Source: Eledone cirrhosa
Lineage: Eukaryota
Reading direction: 5' to 3'
NCBI GenBank assembly: GCA_964016885.1
Contig: OZ024745.1
Span: 23,870,001-23,934,000 of the forward strand
DNA: 64,000 nt
This document shows positions 11,484-24,716 of this stretch, piece by piece; within the stretch, counting starts at the first letter, position 1, and every line of letters begins with the position of its first letter. The translations under genes were made by a program, and so were the position numbers. Below the pieces are notes generated by a model, which saw nothing but the letters and a program-made list of their open reading frames with translations, made no database searches and was not told the origin of the DNA.

Positions 11484-13553
11484 CACCACAACCGGCACCG
11501 CCACCACTCCCACCACCGGCACCGCCACCACACCCACCACCGGCACCGCCACCACTCCCACCACCGGCACCGACACCACTCCCACCACCGGCAGAGCCAC
11601 CACTCCCACCACCGGCACCACCACCACTCCCACCACCGGCACCGACACCACTCCCACCACCGGCACCGACACCACACCCACCACCTACACCGCCACCACA
11701 CCCACCACCTACACCGCCACCACACCCACAACCGGCACCGCCACCACCACCGGCACTGCCATCACACCCACCACCGGCACCGCCACCACACCCACCACCT
11801 ACACCGCCACCACACCCACCACCGGCACCGACACCACACCCACCACCGGCACCGCCACCACTCCCACCACCGGCACCGCCACCACACCCACCACCGGCAC
11901 CGACACCACACCCACCACCGGCACCGCCACCACACCCACCACCGGCACCGCCACCACACCCACCACCGGCACCGCCACCACTCCCACCACCGGCACCGCC
12001 ACCACTCCCACCACCGGCACCGCCACCACTCCCACCACCGGCACCGCCACCACTCCCACCACCGGCACCGCCACCACACCCACCACCGGCACCGCCACCA
12101 CTCCCACCACCGGCACCGCCACCACACCCACCACCGGCACCGCCACCACTCCCACCACCGGCACCGCCACCACTCCCACCACCGGCACCGCCACCACTCC
12201 CACCACCGGCACCGCCACCACTCCCACCACCGGCACCGCCACCACTCCCGCCACCGGCACCGCCACCACTCCCACCACCGGCACCGCCACCACTCCCACC
12301 ACCGGCACCGCCACCACTCCCACCACCGGCACCGCCACCACTCCCACCACCGGCACCGCCACCACACCCACCACCGTCACCGCCACCACACCCACCACCG
12401 GCACCGCCACCACACCCACCACCGGCACCGCCACCACTCCCACCACCGGCACCGCCACCACACCCACCACCGGCACCGCCACCACTCCCACCACCGGCAC
12501 CGCCACCACACCCACCACCGGCACCGCCACCACTCCCACCACCGGCACCGCCACCACTCCCACAACCGGCACCGCCACCACTCCCACCACCGGCACCGCC
12601 ACCACTCCCACAACCGGCACCGCCACCACTCCCACCACCGGCACCGCCACCACACCCACCACCGGCACCGCCACCACACCCACCACCTACACCGCCACCA
12701 CACCCACCACCGGCACCGCCACCACACCCACCACCGGCACCGCCACCACACCCACCACCGGCACCGCCACCACACCCACCACCGGCACCGCCACCACACC
12801 CACCACCGGCACCGCCACCACACCCGCCACCGGCACCGCCACCACACCCACCACCGGCACCGCCACCACTCCCACCACCGGCACCGCCACCACACCCACC
12901 ACCGGCACCGCCACCACTCCCACCACCGGCACCGCCACCACACCCACCACCGGCACCGCCACCACTCCCACCACCGGCACCGCCACCACTCCCACAACCG
13001 GCACCGCCACCACTCCCACCACCTACACCGCCACCACACCCACCACCGGCACCGCCACCACCACCGGCACTGCCATCACACCCACCACCGGCACCGCCAC
13101 CACACCCACCACCTACACCGCCACCACACCCACCACCGGCACCGCCACCACTCCCACCACCGGCACCGCCACCACACCCACCACCGGCACCGCCACCACT
13201 CCCACCACCGGCACCGCCACCACACCCACCACCGGCACCGCCACCACTCCCACCACCGGCACCGCCACCACTCCCACCACCGGCACCGCCACCACTCCCA
13301 CCACCGGCACCGCCACCACTCCCATCACCTACACCGCCACCACTCCCACCACCGACCCCGCCACCACACCCACCACCGGCACCGCCACCACTCCCACCAC
13401 CCACCCCGCCACCACACCCACCACCGGCACCGGCACCACTCCCACCACCGACCCCGCCACCACTCCCACCACCGGCACCGGCACCACTCCCACCACCGGC
13501 ACCGCCACCACTCCCACCACCGGCACCGCCACCACACCCACCACCGGCACCGC
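11484..13553. repeat. 24-bp minisatellite (CACCACCGGCACCGCCACCAC[T/A]CC), ~85 copies
   Basis: Direct inspection; no frameshift across the array. Confidence 0.95.
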
Positions 13554-13869
13554 TACCACGCTACCACCGCCGCCACCACCACAACCGCCACCACCACCAC
13601 TCCCACCAGCAGCACCGCCACCACCACCACCACTAGCACCACCGAAATCACCGAATACTGCGTCATTGGCTCTCGTTGATGCTACATTCATACACAAAAC
13701 ATGTAAACATTTACCCATGTTTAACAGTAATGTAATCGGGGAGTCCCAACATTTCGTTCTGTGAGTGTTTGAAGAACGAAAGATAAAAAAAGGAATAGTA
13801 CGTAAGATATATCAAGATACTAAAGCACACGTGACTATGAGGTATCGAATGTTGGTTTTATTGTGTATG

Positions 13870-14901
13870 AAATGGTAAAGACCCTCTTTGGTGAGGAATG
13901 ACCTTGGCATTTGTACATAGAGGCACAAGTTCGAGCAAGGTCGTTTGTGGAAAACCATTAGTCGCCATTGCATACCAGTCTCCCATCTCCATACCACTGA
14001 TGTTATCCAAGGGAAAGGCTAGAACCATTAGTCGCCATTGCATACCAGCCTCCCATCTCCATACCACTGATGTTATCCAAGGGAAAGGCTAGAACCATTA
14101 GTCGCCATTGCATACCAGTCTCCCATCTCCATACCACTGATGTTAACCAAGGGAAAGGCTAGAACCATTAGTCGCCATTGCATACCAGCCTCCCATCTCC
14201 ATACCACTCATGTTAACCAAGGGAAAGGCTAGAACCATTAGTCGCCATTGCATACCAGTCTCCCATCTCCATACCACTGATGTTATCCAAGGGAAAGGCT
14301 AAAACCATTAGTCGCCATTGCATACCAGTCTCCCATCTCCATACCACTGATGTTATCCAAGGGAAAGGCTAAAACCATTAGTCGCCATTGCATACCAGCC
14401 TCCCATCTCCATACCACTTATTTTAACCAAGGGAAAGGCTAGAACCATTAGTCGCCATTGCATACCAGTCTCCCATCTCCATACCACTGATGTTATCCAA
14501 GGGAAAGGCTAAAACCATTAGTCGCCATTGCATACCAGTCTCCCATCTCCATACCACTGATGTTATCCAAGGGAAAGGCTAAAACCATTAGTCGCCATTG
14601 CATACCAGTCTCACATCTCCATACCACTGATGTTAACCAAGGGAAAGGCTAAAACCATTAGTCGCCATTGCATACCAGTCTCCCATCTCCATACCACTGA
14701 TGTTAACCAAGGGAAAGGCAAAGGTCAATCCATCTTGGCATCAGTGACGTCGAAACTCATTTCTACAGCTGAGTAAACTCGAGCAATGTGAAACAAAGTG
14801 ATTCGGTCAAGGACACAATGCACTGCCTGGTCCAGGAATCAAACTCACAGCCTCACGATTGTAAGCTCAACGTTCTAACCTCTGAGACAAGCGCCTTCAC
14901 A
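13870..14901 (-). mobile_element. Family A SINE with an internal 70-bp segment amplified 11 times
   Basis: tRNA-like head at ~14830-14901 (-); the tandem array at 13951-14720 is continuous with the SINE body on both sides. Confidence 0.75.
13951..14720. repeat. 70-bp tandem repeat, 11 copies
   Basis: AACCATTAGTCGCCATTGCATACC.. recurs at an exact 70-bp period (13951, 14021, ... 14651). Confidence 0.95.
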
Positions 14902-15369
14902 ATTGTATGTATCGATATATTAACAATAGCAACCTGATCTCTCTCAAACACTACACTACTCTCATAAAAATAAAGACGACGTATTTCATAGAAACTCTAA
15001 ACATCTCCGCCCCAAGAAAGGATAGTATGGACGTACGTGGATCACTTCCAATCATAGGTCAGTCTAATCGATATACAATATCATCAATAATGAAGGAGCA
15101 AATATGACGTCACATAACCATCCCCGAAATATTTTCCAAAACCCACCACCAGGGTCATACTGGAAATGTAATGTAGACGGCTATTATTGTAGTTAATAGT
15201 TGATAAGTGTTTAACACAGGTTAACCACGAGCAAGATTTGGTTGTTACTTTGAGCAAGTCGAGTTACCATGTAGAGATACTTTAGTTATGGTAGTATTGG
15301 TGGTGGGAGTGGTGGTGAGACTGTCGTCTTTGTTCACATTGTTATTGCTGGTGATGGGTCTGGGTCGAG

Positions 15370-18300
15370 ATGGTTGTGGTGGATGTGGTGCGGGAGAGGG
15401 TTCTGTTGGTTGTGATGGTTGGGGTGGTTGTGGTCAGATTCGTGGAGGTTGTGGTGCGGGAGAGGGCTCTATTGGTTGTGATGGTTGGGGTGGTTGTGGT
15501 CAGAGTCGTGGAGGTTGTGGTGCGGGAGAGGGCTCTATTGGTTGTGATGGTTGGGGTGGTTGTGTTCAGAGTCGTGGAGGTTGTGGTGCGGGAGAGGGTT
15601 CTGTTGGTTGTGATGGTTGGGTAGTTGTGGTCAGAGTCGTGGTGGTTGTGGTGCGGGAGAGGGTTCTGTTGGTTGTGCTGGTTAGGGTGGTTGTGGTCAG
15701 GGTCGTTGTGGTTGTGGTGCGGGAGAGGGTTCTGTTGGTTGTGATGGTTGGGGTGGTTGTGGTCAGGGTCGTGGTGGTTGTGGTGCGGGAGAGGGTTCTG
15801 TTGGTTGTGATGGTTAGGGTGGTTGTGGTCAGAGTTGTGGTGGTTGTGGTGCGGGAGAGAGTTCTTTTGGTTGTGGTGGTTGGGGTGGTTGTGGTGCGGG
15901 AGAGGGTTCTGTTGGTTGTGATGGTTGGGGTGGTTGTGGTGCGGGAGTGGGTTCTGTTGGTTGTGATGGTTGGGGTGGTTGTGGTCAGGGTCGTAGTGGT
16001 TGTGGTGCGGGAGACGGTTCTTTTGGTTGTGATGGTTGGGGTGGTTGTGGTCAGGGTCGTGGTGGTTGTGGTGCGGGAGAGAGTTCTTTTGGTTGTGATG
16101 GTTGGGGTGGTTGTGGTCAGGGTCGTGGTGGTTGTGGTGCGGGAGAGAGTTCTTTTGGTTGTGGTGGTTGGGGTGGTTGTGGTCAGGGTCGTGGTGGTTG
16201 TGGTGCGGGAGAGGGTTCTGTTGGTTGTGATGGTTGGGGTGGTTGTGGTCAGGGTCGTGGTGGTTGTGGTGCGGGAGAGAGTTCTTTTGGTTGTGATGGT
16301 TGGGGTGGTTGTGGTCAGGGTCGTGGTGGTTGTGGTGCGGGAGAGAGTTCTGTTGGTTGTGATGGTTGGGGTGGTTGTGGTCAGGGTCGTGGTGGTTGTG
16401 GTGCGGGAGAGAGTTCTTTTGGTTGTGGCGGTTGGGGTGGTTGGGGTGCGGGAGAGGGTTCTGTTGGTTGTGGTGGTTGGGGTGGTTGTGGTCAGGGTCG
16501 TGGTGGTTGTGGTGCAGGAGAGAGTTCTGTTGGTTGTGATGGTTGGGGTGGTTGTGGTCAGGGTCGTGGTGGTTGTGGTGCGGGAGAGAGTTCTTTTTGT
16601 TGTGGTGGTTGGGGTGGTTGGGGTGCGGGGGAGGGTTCTGTTGGTTGTGGTGGTTGGGGTGGTTGTGGTCAGGGTCGTGGTGGTTGTGGTGCGGGAGAGA
16701 GTTCTTTTGGTTGTAATGGTTGGGGTGGTTGGGGTGCGGGAGAGGGTTCTGTTGGTTGTGGTGGTTGGGGTGGTTGTGGTCAGGGTCGTGGTGGTTGTGG
16801 TGCGGGAGAGGGTTCTGTTGGTTGTGGTGGTTGGGGTGGTTGTGGTCAGGGTCGTGGTGGTTGTGGTGCGGGAGAGGGTTCTGTTGGTTGTGGTGGTTGG
16901 GGTGGTTGTGGTCAGGGTCGTGGTGGTTGTGGTGCGGGAGAGGGTTCTGTTGGTTGTGATGGTTGGGGTGGTTGTGGTCAGGGTCGTGGTGGTTGTGGTG
17001 CGGGAGAGAGTTCTTTTGGTTGTGATGGTTGGGGTGGTTGTGGTCAGGGTCGTGGTGGTTGTGGTGCGGGAGAGAGTTCTGTTGGTTGTGATGGTTGGGG
17101 TGGTTGTGGTCAGGGTCGTGGTGGTTGTGGTGCGGGAGAGAGTTCTTTTGGTTGTGGCGGTTGGGGTGGTTGGGGTGCGGGAGAGGGTTCTGTTGGTTGT
17201 GGTGGTTGGGGTGGTTGTGGTCAGGGTCGTGGTGGTTGTGGTGCAGGAGAGAGTTCTGTTGGTTGTGATGGTTGGGGTGGTTGTGGTCAGGGTCGTGGTG
17301 GTTGTGGTGCGGGAGAGAGTTCTTTTTGTTGTGGTGGTTGGGGTGGTTGGGGTGCGGGGGAGGGTTCTGTTGGTTGTGGTGGTTGGGGTGGTTGTGGTCA
17401 GGGTCGTGGTGGTTGTGGTGCGGGAGAGAGTTCTTTTGGTTGTAATGGTTGGGGTGGTTGGGGTGCGGGAGAGGGTTCTGTTGGTTGTGGTGGTTGGGGT
17501 GGTTGTGGTCAGGGTCGTGGTGGTTGTGGTGCGGGAGAGGGTTCTGTTGGTTGTGGTGGTTGGGATGGTTGTGGTCAGGGTCGTGGTGGTTGTGGTGCGG
17601 GAGAGGGTTCTGTTGGTTGTGGTGGTTGGGGTGGTTGTGGTCAGGGTCGTGGTGGTTGTGGTGCGGGAGAGGGTTCTGTTGGTTGTGGTGGTTGGGGTGG
17701 TTGTGGTCAGGGTCGTGGTGGTTGTGGTGCGGGAGAGGGTTCTGTTGGTTGTGGTGGTTGGGGTGGTTGTGGTCAGGGTCGTGGTGGTTGTTGTGCGGGA
17801 GAGGGTTCTGTTGGTTGTGATGGTTGGGGTGGTTGTGGTCAGGGTCTTTGTGGTTGTTGTGCGGGAGACGGTTCTGTTGGTTGTGATGGTTGGGGTGGTT
17901 GTGGTCAGGGTCGTGGTGGTTGTGGTGCGGGAGAGGGTTCTGTTGGTTGTGATGGTTGGGGTGGTTGTGGTCAGGGTCGTGGTGGTTGTTGTGCGGGAGA
18001 CGGTTCTGTTGGTTGTGATGGTTGGGGTGGTTGTGGTTAGGGTCGTGGTGGTTGTTGTGCGGGAGAGGGTTCTGTTGGTTGTGATGGTTGGGGTGGTTGT
18101 GGTCAGGGTCGTGGTGGTTGTTTTGCGGGAGACGGTTCTGTTGGTTGTGATGGTTGGGGTGGCTGTGGTCAGGGTCGTGGTGGTTGTGGTGCGGGAGAGT
18201 GTTCTGTTGGTTGTGCTGGTTGGGGTGGTGGGGTCAGGGTCGTGGTGGTTGTGGTGCGGGAGAGGGTTCTATTGGTTGTGATGGTTGGGGTGGTTGTGGT

Positions 18301-19290
18301 CAGGGTCGTGGTGGTTGTGGTGCGGGAGAGAGTTCTTTTGGTTGTGGTGGTTGGGGTGGTTGGGGTGCGGGGGAGGGTTCTGTTGGTTGTGGTGGTTGGG
18401 GTGGTTGTGGTCAGGGTGGTGGTGGTTGTGGTGCGGGAGAGAGTTCTTTTGGTTGTAATGGTTGGGGTGGTTGGGGTGCGGGAGAGGGTTCTGTTGGTTG
18501 TGGTGGTTGGGGTGGTTGTGGTCAGGGTCGTGGTGGTTGTGGTGCGGGAGACGGTTCTGTTGGTTGTGATGGTTGGGGTGGTTGTGGTCAGGGTCGTGGT
18601 GGTTGTGGTGCGGGAGAGGGTTCTGTTGGTTGTGGTGGTTGGGGTGATTGTGGTCAGGGTCGTGGTGGTTGTTGTGCGGGAGAGGGTTCTGTTGGTTGTG
18701 GTGGTTGGGGTGGTTGTGGTCAGGCTCGTGGTGGTTGTGGTGCGGGAGAGGGTTCTGTTGGTTGTGATGGTTGGGGTGGTTGTGGTCAGGGTCGTGGTGG
18801 TTGTTGTGCGGGAGACGGTTCTGTTGGTTGTGATGGTTGGGGTGGTTGTGGTCAGGGTCGTGGTGGTTGTTGTGCGGGAGAGGGTTCTGTTGGTTGTGGT
18901 GGTTGGGGTGGTTGTGGTCAGGGTCGTGGTGGTTGTTGTGCGGGAGAGGGTTCTGTTGGTTTTGATGGTTGGGGTGGTTGTGGTCATGGTCGTGGTGGTT
19001 GTTGTGCGGGAGAGGGTTCTGTTGGTTGTGATGGTTGGGGTGGTTGTGGTCAGGGTCGTTGTGGTGTTGTGCGGGAGACGGTTCTGTTGGTTGTGATGGT
19101 TGGGGTGGTTGTGGTCAGGGTCGTGTTGGTTGTTGTGCGGGAGAGGGTTCTGTTGGTTGTGATGGTTGGGGTGGTTGTGGTCAGGGTCGTGGTGGTTGTG
19201 GTGCGGGAGAGGGTTCTATTGGTTGTGATGGTTGGGGTGGTTGTGGTCAGAGTCGTGGAGGTTGTGGTGCAGTAGAGGGTTCTGTTGGTT
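15370..19290. repeat. 66-bp minisatellite with 45-bp variant units, ~60 units
   Basis: Unit GGTTGTGGTGCGGGAGAGGGTTCTGTTGGTTGTGATGGTTGGGGTGGTTGTGGTCAGGGTCGTGGT; single-base deletions near 15620, 18230 and 19065. Confidence 0.95.
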
Positions 19291-19765
19291 GTGGTGGTGG
19301 TGGTTGTGGTTGTTATTGAGGTTAGGGTATTTGGGTGAGGGGGAAAGTCATGATGGTTGCGATGATTGTGATGGAGGTGGTGGAGGTGGAGTGTATGTGT
19401 GTGTGTTGGAGGGGGCGTTGTCTGGGTGGTGATGGTGGTGTCGGCGGTGAGGGGGGAGGTCGTGTTGCTGGTGATGGTGGTGGCGGCAGTGAGGGGTGTT
19501 GTGTGTAGTGGTGGGGATGAGGGGTGTCGTGTTGGCGGTGAGGTGGTGGTGGCGGTGGGGTGGTGGCGGCATTGAGGGGTGTTGTGTTGCGGTGAGGTGG
19601 TGGGGGAGGGGAGATAGTGGTGCAGTCATGGTGGTGGTGATGATGACGTTCCGTTCTTGCTGCCGAAGCCATATTATATTGTTTAAATCTATCACAGTCA
19701 TGGTGGTGATATAGATTGACGCAAATACGTGCTTTGAAACTCATATATCTGTATATATATATATG

Positions 19766-19847
<82 letters not shown>

Positions 19848-19848
19848 C

Positions 19849-19893
<45 letters not shown>

Positions 19894-19895
19894 CG

Positions 19896-19990
<95 letters not shown>

Positions 19991-20014
19991 TTATGTATAT
20001 ATATATATATATAC

Positions 20015-20068
<54 letters not shown>

Positions 20069-20069
20069 G

Positions 20070-20138
<69 letters not shown>

Positions 20139-20209
20139 ATATATATATATACATTTATATATATGTACATATGTATATATGTATATATATATATATATAT
20201 ATATACATT

Positions 20210-20275
<66 letters not shown>

Positions 20276-20345
20276 TGTATTTATAAACATATATATATAT
20301 GTATACATATATATATGTATATATATATATGTACATATATATATG

Positions 20346-20391
<46 letters not shown>

Positions 20392-20649
20392 TATATATAT
20401 AGATGTGTGTGTGTATATATATATATACATATATATATACATACATATATATATATATATGTATCTATCTATATATATATATATGTGTCTGTGTGTGTGT
20501 ATGCATGTATATATAAATATATATATATGAATATAATGATGTAAGTATATAAGTGGATGTATATAATGCCATATATGTGTGTTTGTATCTAAATATGCAA
20601 ATATATGTATGTAAATACACACGCACAAACATAAGTATATGTATCTCTC

Positions 20650-20698
<49 letters not shown>

Positions 20699-20699
20699 G

Positions 20700-20756
<57 letters not shown>

Positions 20757-20852
20757 TGTAAGTGTGTGTATATGTACGTATGTTAACCTACATTAATCAT
20801 CATTTGTACGCAGACTATTACACGCCCTCTCACGCCCACCACCACATACAAG

Positions 20853-20928
<76 letters not shown>

Positions 20929-20989
20929 CACACACACCACACGTATAAACATAGATATATATATATATATATGTGTGTGTATGTATGTA

Positions 20990-21036
<47 letters not shown>

Positions 21037-21053
21037 GTATATATAAGAATATG

Positions 21054-21089
<36 letters not shown>

Positions 21090-21257
21090 TATATGTTTAT
21101 ACATATATATATATATACATATATATATATACATACATATGTATTTTATATATACATATATATACGTATATATATATTTATATATATATATACAGTGTAT
21201 ATATATATATATATGCATATAATTAAAATGACATACATACATATACATATATTTAAA

Positions 21258-21289
<32 letters not shown>

Positions 21290-21378
21290 CATATGCATAT
21301 AAATATATATGTATGTATGTATATACATATATATATGCGTATATATGTATATATATATGTATATATATATACACACAC

Positions 21379-21526
<148 letters not shown>

Positions 21527-21566
21527 CGTATATATATATATATATATATATATGTCTGTACGTGTG

Positions 21567-21676
<110 letters not shown>

Positions 21677-22826
21677 ATGAAGTTCAATTAATTACTGTAA
21701 TTATAGTTGACATGTCGGCCTCACATGACCAACTCTTATCCGCACTGATACCACTGAACAGAGCTTCACCTTCTTGTCAGTACTGTTGTTGTTGTTGTTG
21801 GTGGTGGTTGGTGGTGGTGGTGGTGGTGGTGGTGGTGGGTTGTGGACGGCGGTGGTGGTGGTGGTGTTGCGGTTGGTGGTTGTGGTGTTGCGGTTGTTGT
21901 TGGTGGTGGTGGTGTTGTGGTTGGTGGTGGTGGCAGTGGCGGCGGTGGTGGTGGTGGTGGTTGTGGTGGTGTTGTGGTTGGTGGTGGTGGCAGTGGCGGC
22001 AGTGGTGGTGGTGGTGGTCGTGGTCGTGGCAGTGGCGGTGGTGGTGGTTGTGGTGGTGGTGTTGTTGGTGGTGGTGGTGGTAGTGATGGTGGTGTTGTTG
22101 GTGGTGACGGTGGTGGTGATGGTGGTGGTGGTAGTGATATTGTGGTTGGTGTTATTGAAATTGTTGTTTTTGTTGTAATTGTTCTCTTTGTCGCCGTTGT
22201 TGTTGTTGTTGTTGTTGATAATGGTGGTGGTGGTGTTTTGGTTGGTGTTATTGACACTGTTGTTGTCGCTGTCTTTGTTGTTGTTTTTCACCATCTTTAT
22301 CATTGTGTCGTTGTTTATAACAACCATCACTATCATCATCGTCAGCAGCAGCATCATCATCGTCATCATAACGACCACTACTGCTGTAATTACCACCACT
22401 ACCACCACCACTTCCACCACCACTACCACTTCCACTACCACTACCACCTTCAATAGCCCAACAGCCATCAGTGCCACCAAAAACATTTTCCCATCTGCAG
22501 CCTCACCACCACCACCACCACCACACCACACACACACACACCACCACCACCACCACCCATTCCTCCCATCACTCTCATCACTCGCTCTAGGGTGGGGTTT
22601 AAAATCTAAAGACCACAAAGAAGGGAGATTACTCAAATAAAATCAGTTGAACAAAGTTTTTGAAAGAGAAACTGCTTAACCACCCGTTTGTCCGTCACGA
22701 CATATATGTAGCAGAAGAGGAGGACGGGGAGGAAACTGGTTGTTGTCGAGAGAGAAACACAGTGAGAGTGACAAAGTGTGAGAGAGAGGGCGTGTGTTTG
22801 TGTGTGTGTTTGTTTGTGTGAGTGAG

Positions 22827-22920
<94 letters not shown>

Positions 22921-23221
22921 TATGTGTGTGTGTTTATGTGTGTGTGTGTGTGAAAGAGACATAGATTGTTTATGCGATAAGAATGAAAGTGATGACGACA
23001 GACGTCACCATAGAAACTAACGTGTTGACAAATTTGTACTTCAAATTCCGCGTTTTTAATCGAATCTTGGGGGAATAAATACGTGTATGTGTGAGTCTGT
23101 GTGTGTGTGTGTGAGTCTGTGTGTGTGTGTGTGAGTCTGTGTGTGTGTGTGTGTGTTTGTATTTTACCGGCAACGTAGCGATGGGTTTTTAAGAGTATAG
23201 ATAATGGTTTCTAGTTTAGGT

Positions 23222-23372
23222 ACAAGGCCAGCAATTTGAAAGGGAGGGGAAAGTCGATTAAATCGACCCCAGTGCGTTACTGGTACTTTAATTATCGACT
23301 TCGCAAGGGTGAAAGACCAAAGCTAACCTCAACGAGATTTGAACTCAGAATGTAAAGAGACGTAACTCTATG
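23222..23372 (-). mobile_element. tRNA-derived SINE family B, diverged
   Basis: TTCTGAGTTCAAATCTC..CTTTCACCCTTGCGAAGTCGATAA..AGTACCAGT; homologous to 63797-63973. Confidence 0.7.
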
Positions 23373-23544
23373 GCACATAATGAAATTTGGAATGGGTCCT
23401 ATTGTTATAGACAGATACTTGAAACAATGGACATGTTTCGGTTTTATTAGATTTCTTCAGTGATTGTTGTAGAAAAGGTTCTTGCTGTTGTATATTTAAC
23501 CCCTATTTCAGCTCTGATGAAACTGAACTATGAACAACGGTTGT

Positions 23545-24053
23545 ACAGATAGATAAGTCTGGTCATAAAGCATGGCTTGGACGCTGCAGCCTTCCCTTCC
23601 CAGCTCGAGCCGGTGGGGCTGGACCGAGGGGAAGGCAAAAGGCCAGATGGCATGACCATCTTCCCGTTCCGCGGTGGCAAACCCCTCGTCTGAGATGTCA
23701 CTTGCACCGACACTTTCTGCAGCCGCAACCTGGTGCAGTGTGCGACTAACCCAGGTTCTGCTGTACGTCGGACTGAGGAGGCCAAACTCTTCAAATACCG
23801 GTCGCTCTCCGACAGGTTTGTGGTTGTACCCTTGGCAGTGGTGACTTTGTGTCCTCGGCCCTAGGGCTACCTCCCTACTCACCACCATAGGTGCTGAGCC
23901 CCGCGAGTTGGAGTGGCTTTTCCAGAGCGTTTTCTTTGCCGTTCTCCGGGGAAACGCCTTCTCCATTCTGTCCACCGGGGCTGTGGGAGGCCATCAATAT
24001 GATTGACTGACTCGTCATTTTATCAGTCAGCCATTCACCACAATTTGGACAGC
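23545..24053 (+). mobile_element. 5'-truncated CRE-like RLE non-LTR retrotransposon with 14-bp TSD
   Basis: Reads [66 protein letters not shown]. Flanked by TGAACAACGGTTGT at 23531-23544 and 24054-24067. Confidence 0.85.
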
Positions 24054-24613
24054 TGAACAACGGTTGTTATCATCCACCTTTTATCTCTCCAACTAGGAGT
24101 AGATAATTTCTCATGTGTTTCTTGTTTTCAAAGATTTGACTAATATTTTTATCAGTTCAGTGAGCACATATTTGATGTCTCGTATTTTCCAGGGGTCAAT
24201 TGCTGTTGTTGTGGCAGCGGTTATTATTTTAGCTGTGTTGTTGTTGATGTTGTTTTTGCTCTTTCGGTGGTTGTATTTGTTGTTGCTGTTGTGGTGATGT
24301 TTTTGTTGTTGTTGTTGTTTAGCTGAAGATCAGACTTGATTTAGCTGACATATTATCAATATTCATATATCCATATCTGAAAGTCCTTTTACTTTAGGTA
24401 AACTCGGTATGGTTTTCACTGAACCCCTCTCTCTCTCTCTCTCTCTCTACCTGTCTTTATATATATATATGTGGCGTCCAGAAATAGCCGTCGAAACGAT
24501 TCGAGCTCCGCCGCCGGGGTCCTGATCCTTTTCTTATTACCCACTCTACTACCCAAAGTATCTTGTACTCTGGTGTGTTATGGTCCACCTGGTTCCTTAC
24601 CACACGTCCTTCG

Positions 24614-24647
<34 letters not shown>

Positions 24648-24685
24648 GAAAATATAGAAATTAATATATATATATATATATATAA

Positions 24686-24716
<31 letters not shown>

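Noticed and set aside
11208-13679. 823-aa His/Arg-rich ORF and antisense 667-aa Gly-rich ORF
   Set aside because: Non-ATG starts; repeat variants are non-synonymous in these frames; openness follows from the stop-free 24-bp unit.
13951-14720. CRISPR-like regular array
   Set aside because: No unique spacers and no cas genes; eukaryotic SINE-internal tandem repeat.
15288-18281. 997-aa Val-rich ORF and 697-aa Gly/Cys/Trp ORF
   Set aside because: Minisatellite translations whose readings swap frame at indels; no non-repetitive domain.
23508-23975. 155-aa minus-strand ORF
   Set aside because: Antisense shadow of the + strand CRE-like endonuclease fragment.
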